NCBI GenBank assembly: GCA_020723305.1
Contig: DYJC01000003.1
Location: 270,418 to 334,417, forward strand
From: Desulfosudis oleivorans
GTDB taxonomy: Bacteria; Desulfobacterota; Desulfobacteria; Desulfobacterales; SURF-7
Length of the DNA stretch: 64,000 bases
Reading direction: 5' to 3'
The notes under the pieces are model-generated. The model was not told the origin of the DNA. It made no database searches and saw only the letters and a list, made by a program, of their open reading frames with translations. Every line of letters starts with the position of its first letter. Position 1 is the stretch's first letter. Shown here piece after piece: positions 63,245-64,000 of this stretch. Position numbers and translations under genes: made by a program.

Positions 63245-64000
63245 AGCAATTCAATTACAAAAAATCAAATGTCATGCTGTTTGCAGCTTCTGTGCTGTTC
63301 CTGATCTGTTATTGGGGAACCGCCTCTGGAGAGGAAAACCTTGATTTTCAGAAACAGAGTAAGGAAGAGGAGCATCAAAAGTATGTTGAAAAGCTGTCGC
63401 AGGATATGGGAAAAGTTGAAAAAGCGATTGCGACTACCAGGGTTCTGATCGACCAATCGAGCAACCGGCCCTATCTGCCGGAATTGTATCTGCGGCTGGC
63501 GGAATTATATATCGAAAAGTCCAGAATCGTCTATTTTATCCGTAAAGACAGAACCAAGGTGTCTGAATCCTCCCTCGAGAATCTGGAATCCAACTCTCTT
63601 AAAAACCAGGCCATTGAAATCTATCAGAGGATTCTAAACAACTTTCCGGATTTTCCGGATCGGGATAAGGTTCATTTTTTCATGGCCCATGAATACAGGG
63701 AACTGGGACTGTTTGACAACATGATCGTTCAATACCGGGAGATAATCAAGAAATATAAAGATAGCGGATATGTTCCGGAAGCATATCTTCTTTTGGGCGA
63801 TTATTTCATTAATAAAGAAGATCTGGATCTGGCCAAACGTCACTACCACTCGGTATTGAACTATCCGGACAGTCCGGCAGTCGGAATTGCACGGTATAAA
63901 CTTGCCTGGTGTCATATCAACAAGGCGGAATATCCGGAAGCGATCAAGCTTTTTGAAGAAGCCGTCGCTCATACCGGGTCCGGGAAAAATCCGGATGTGG
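63241..64000 (+). CDS. Secreted TPR-repeat protein, 3' end outside the window (not in the ORF track because no stop is reached)
   Basis: The ATG at 63241 overlaps the upstream TGA (ATGA). Frame 1 stays open to nt 64000. Signal peptide MKQFNYKKSNVMLFAASVLFLICYWGTASG. TPR units include PEAYLLLGDYFINKEDLDLAKRHYHSVL and ARYKLAWCHINKAEYPEAIKLFEEA. Confidence 0.7.
   Translation, partial: MKQFNYKKSNVMLFAASVLFLICYWGTASGEENLDFQKQSKEEEHQKYVEKLSQDMGKVEKAIATTRVLIDQSSNRPYLPELYLRLAELYIEKSRIVYFIRKDRTKVSESSLENLESNSLKNQAIEIYQRILNNFPDFPDRDKVHFFMAHEYRELGLFDNMIVQYREIIKKYKDSGYVPEAYLLLGDYFINKEDLDLAKRHYHSVLNYPDSPAVGIARYKLAWCHINKAEYPEAIKLFEEAVAHTGSGKNPDV

Overview
This 64-kb chromosomal window looks like a Desulfobacterota (delta-proteobacterium-like) genome. 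That origin is an inference from gene content and repeat type; no similarity search was possible.

Gene content, left to right:
- 1-7032: a nonulosonic-acid operon. It holds a B12-type radical SAM, the amidotransferase trio WbuX/HisH/HisF-like, pseF, a pseG-pseH fusion and pseI.
- 7129-8634: an NfeD-SPFH pair on the minus strand.
- 8635-9647: about 1 kb that is AT-rich and gene-poor, with structured hairpin repeats.
- 9648-14914: an MFS transporter, a YXWGXW-repeat secreted protein, a Cys-rich 4Fe-4S protein and an LpxL-family acyltransferase.
- 14942-20298: a nitrosative-stress cluster (hcp, quinol-type NO reductase, CBS protein, HPP protein) behind a perfect FNR/CRP-type palindrome.
- 20475-28202: a signalling operon (PAS protein, lipoprotein binding protein, HAMP-PAS-GAF kinase, CheY-like receiver, hybrid kinase).
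- 28266-29252: an N-terminally truncated DarG-like macrodomain gene with no darT toxin.
- 29247-33585: a MacAB-type efflux system on the minus strand.
- 33761-34380: an RHH-PIN toxin-antitoxin pair.
- 34569-37958: an orphan 1129-aa prepilin-leader protein with two LamG domains.
- 38173-46570: a six-gene flagellin-glycosylation operon (CmcI-like methyltransferase, radical SAM, Maf-TPR, TPR-GT9-like, methyltransferase, CgeB-like glycosyltransferase).
- 46822-50709: a giant 1295-aa flagellin with in-frame 123-bp and 132-bp tandem repeats.
- 50908-53936: fliD, fliS, an unknown ORF and flaG.
- 54034-56364: a Cache-PAS hybrid kinase on the minus strand.
- 56727-64000: a TolQ/ExbD x2, FHA-TonB-like, OM-barrel and TPR x2 cluster resembling the conserved core of the myxobacterial Agl-Glt machine.

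I saw no rRNA, tRNA, CRISPR array, transposase or integrase.

The most interesting items are:
- the giant repeat-bearing flagellin with its split glycosylation machinery and two different candidate flagellin glycosyltransferases;
- an eight-copy octamer (GG-tract) array in the fliD leader;
- the Agl-Glt-like envelope motor next to the flagellar locus;
- the orphan LamG pilin-like giant;
- the orphan truncated DarG.

All functional calls rest on motifs read by eye from the supplied translations. None was verified by BLAST or HMM search.
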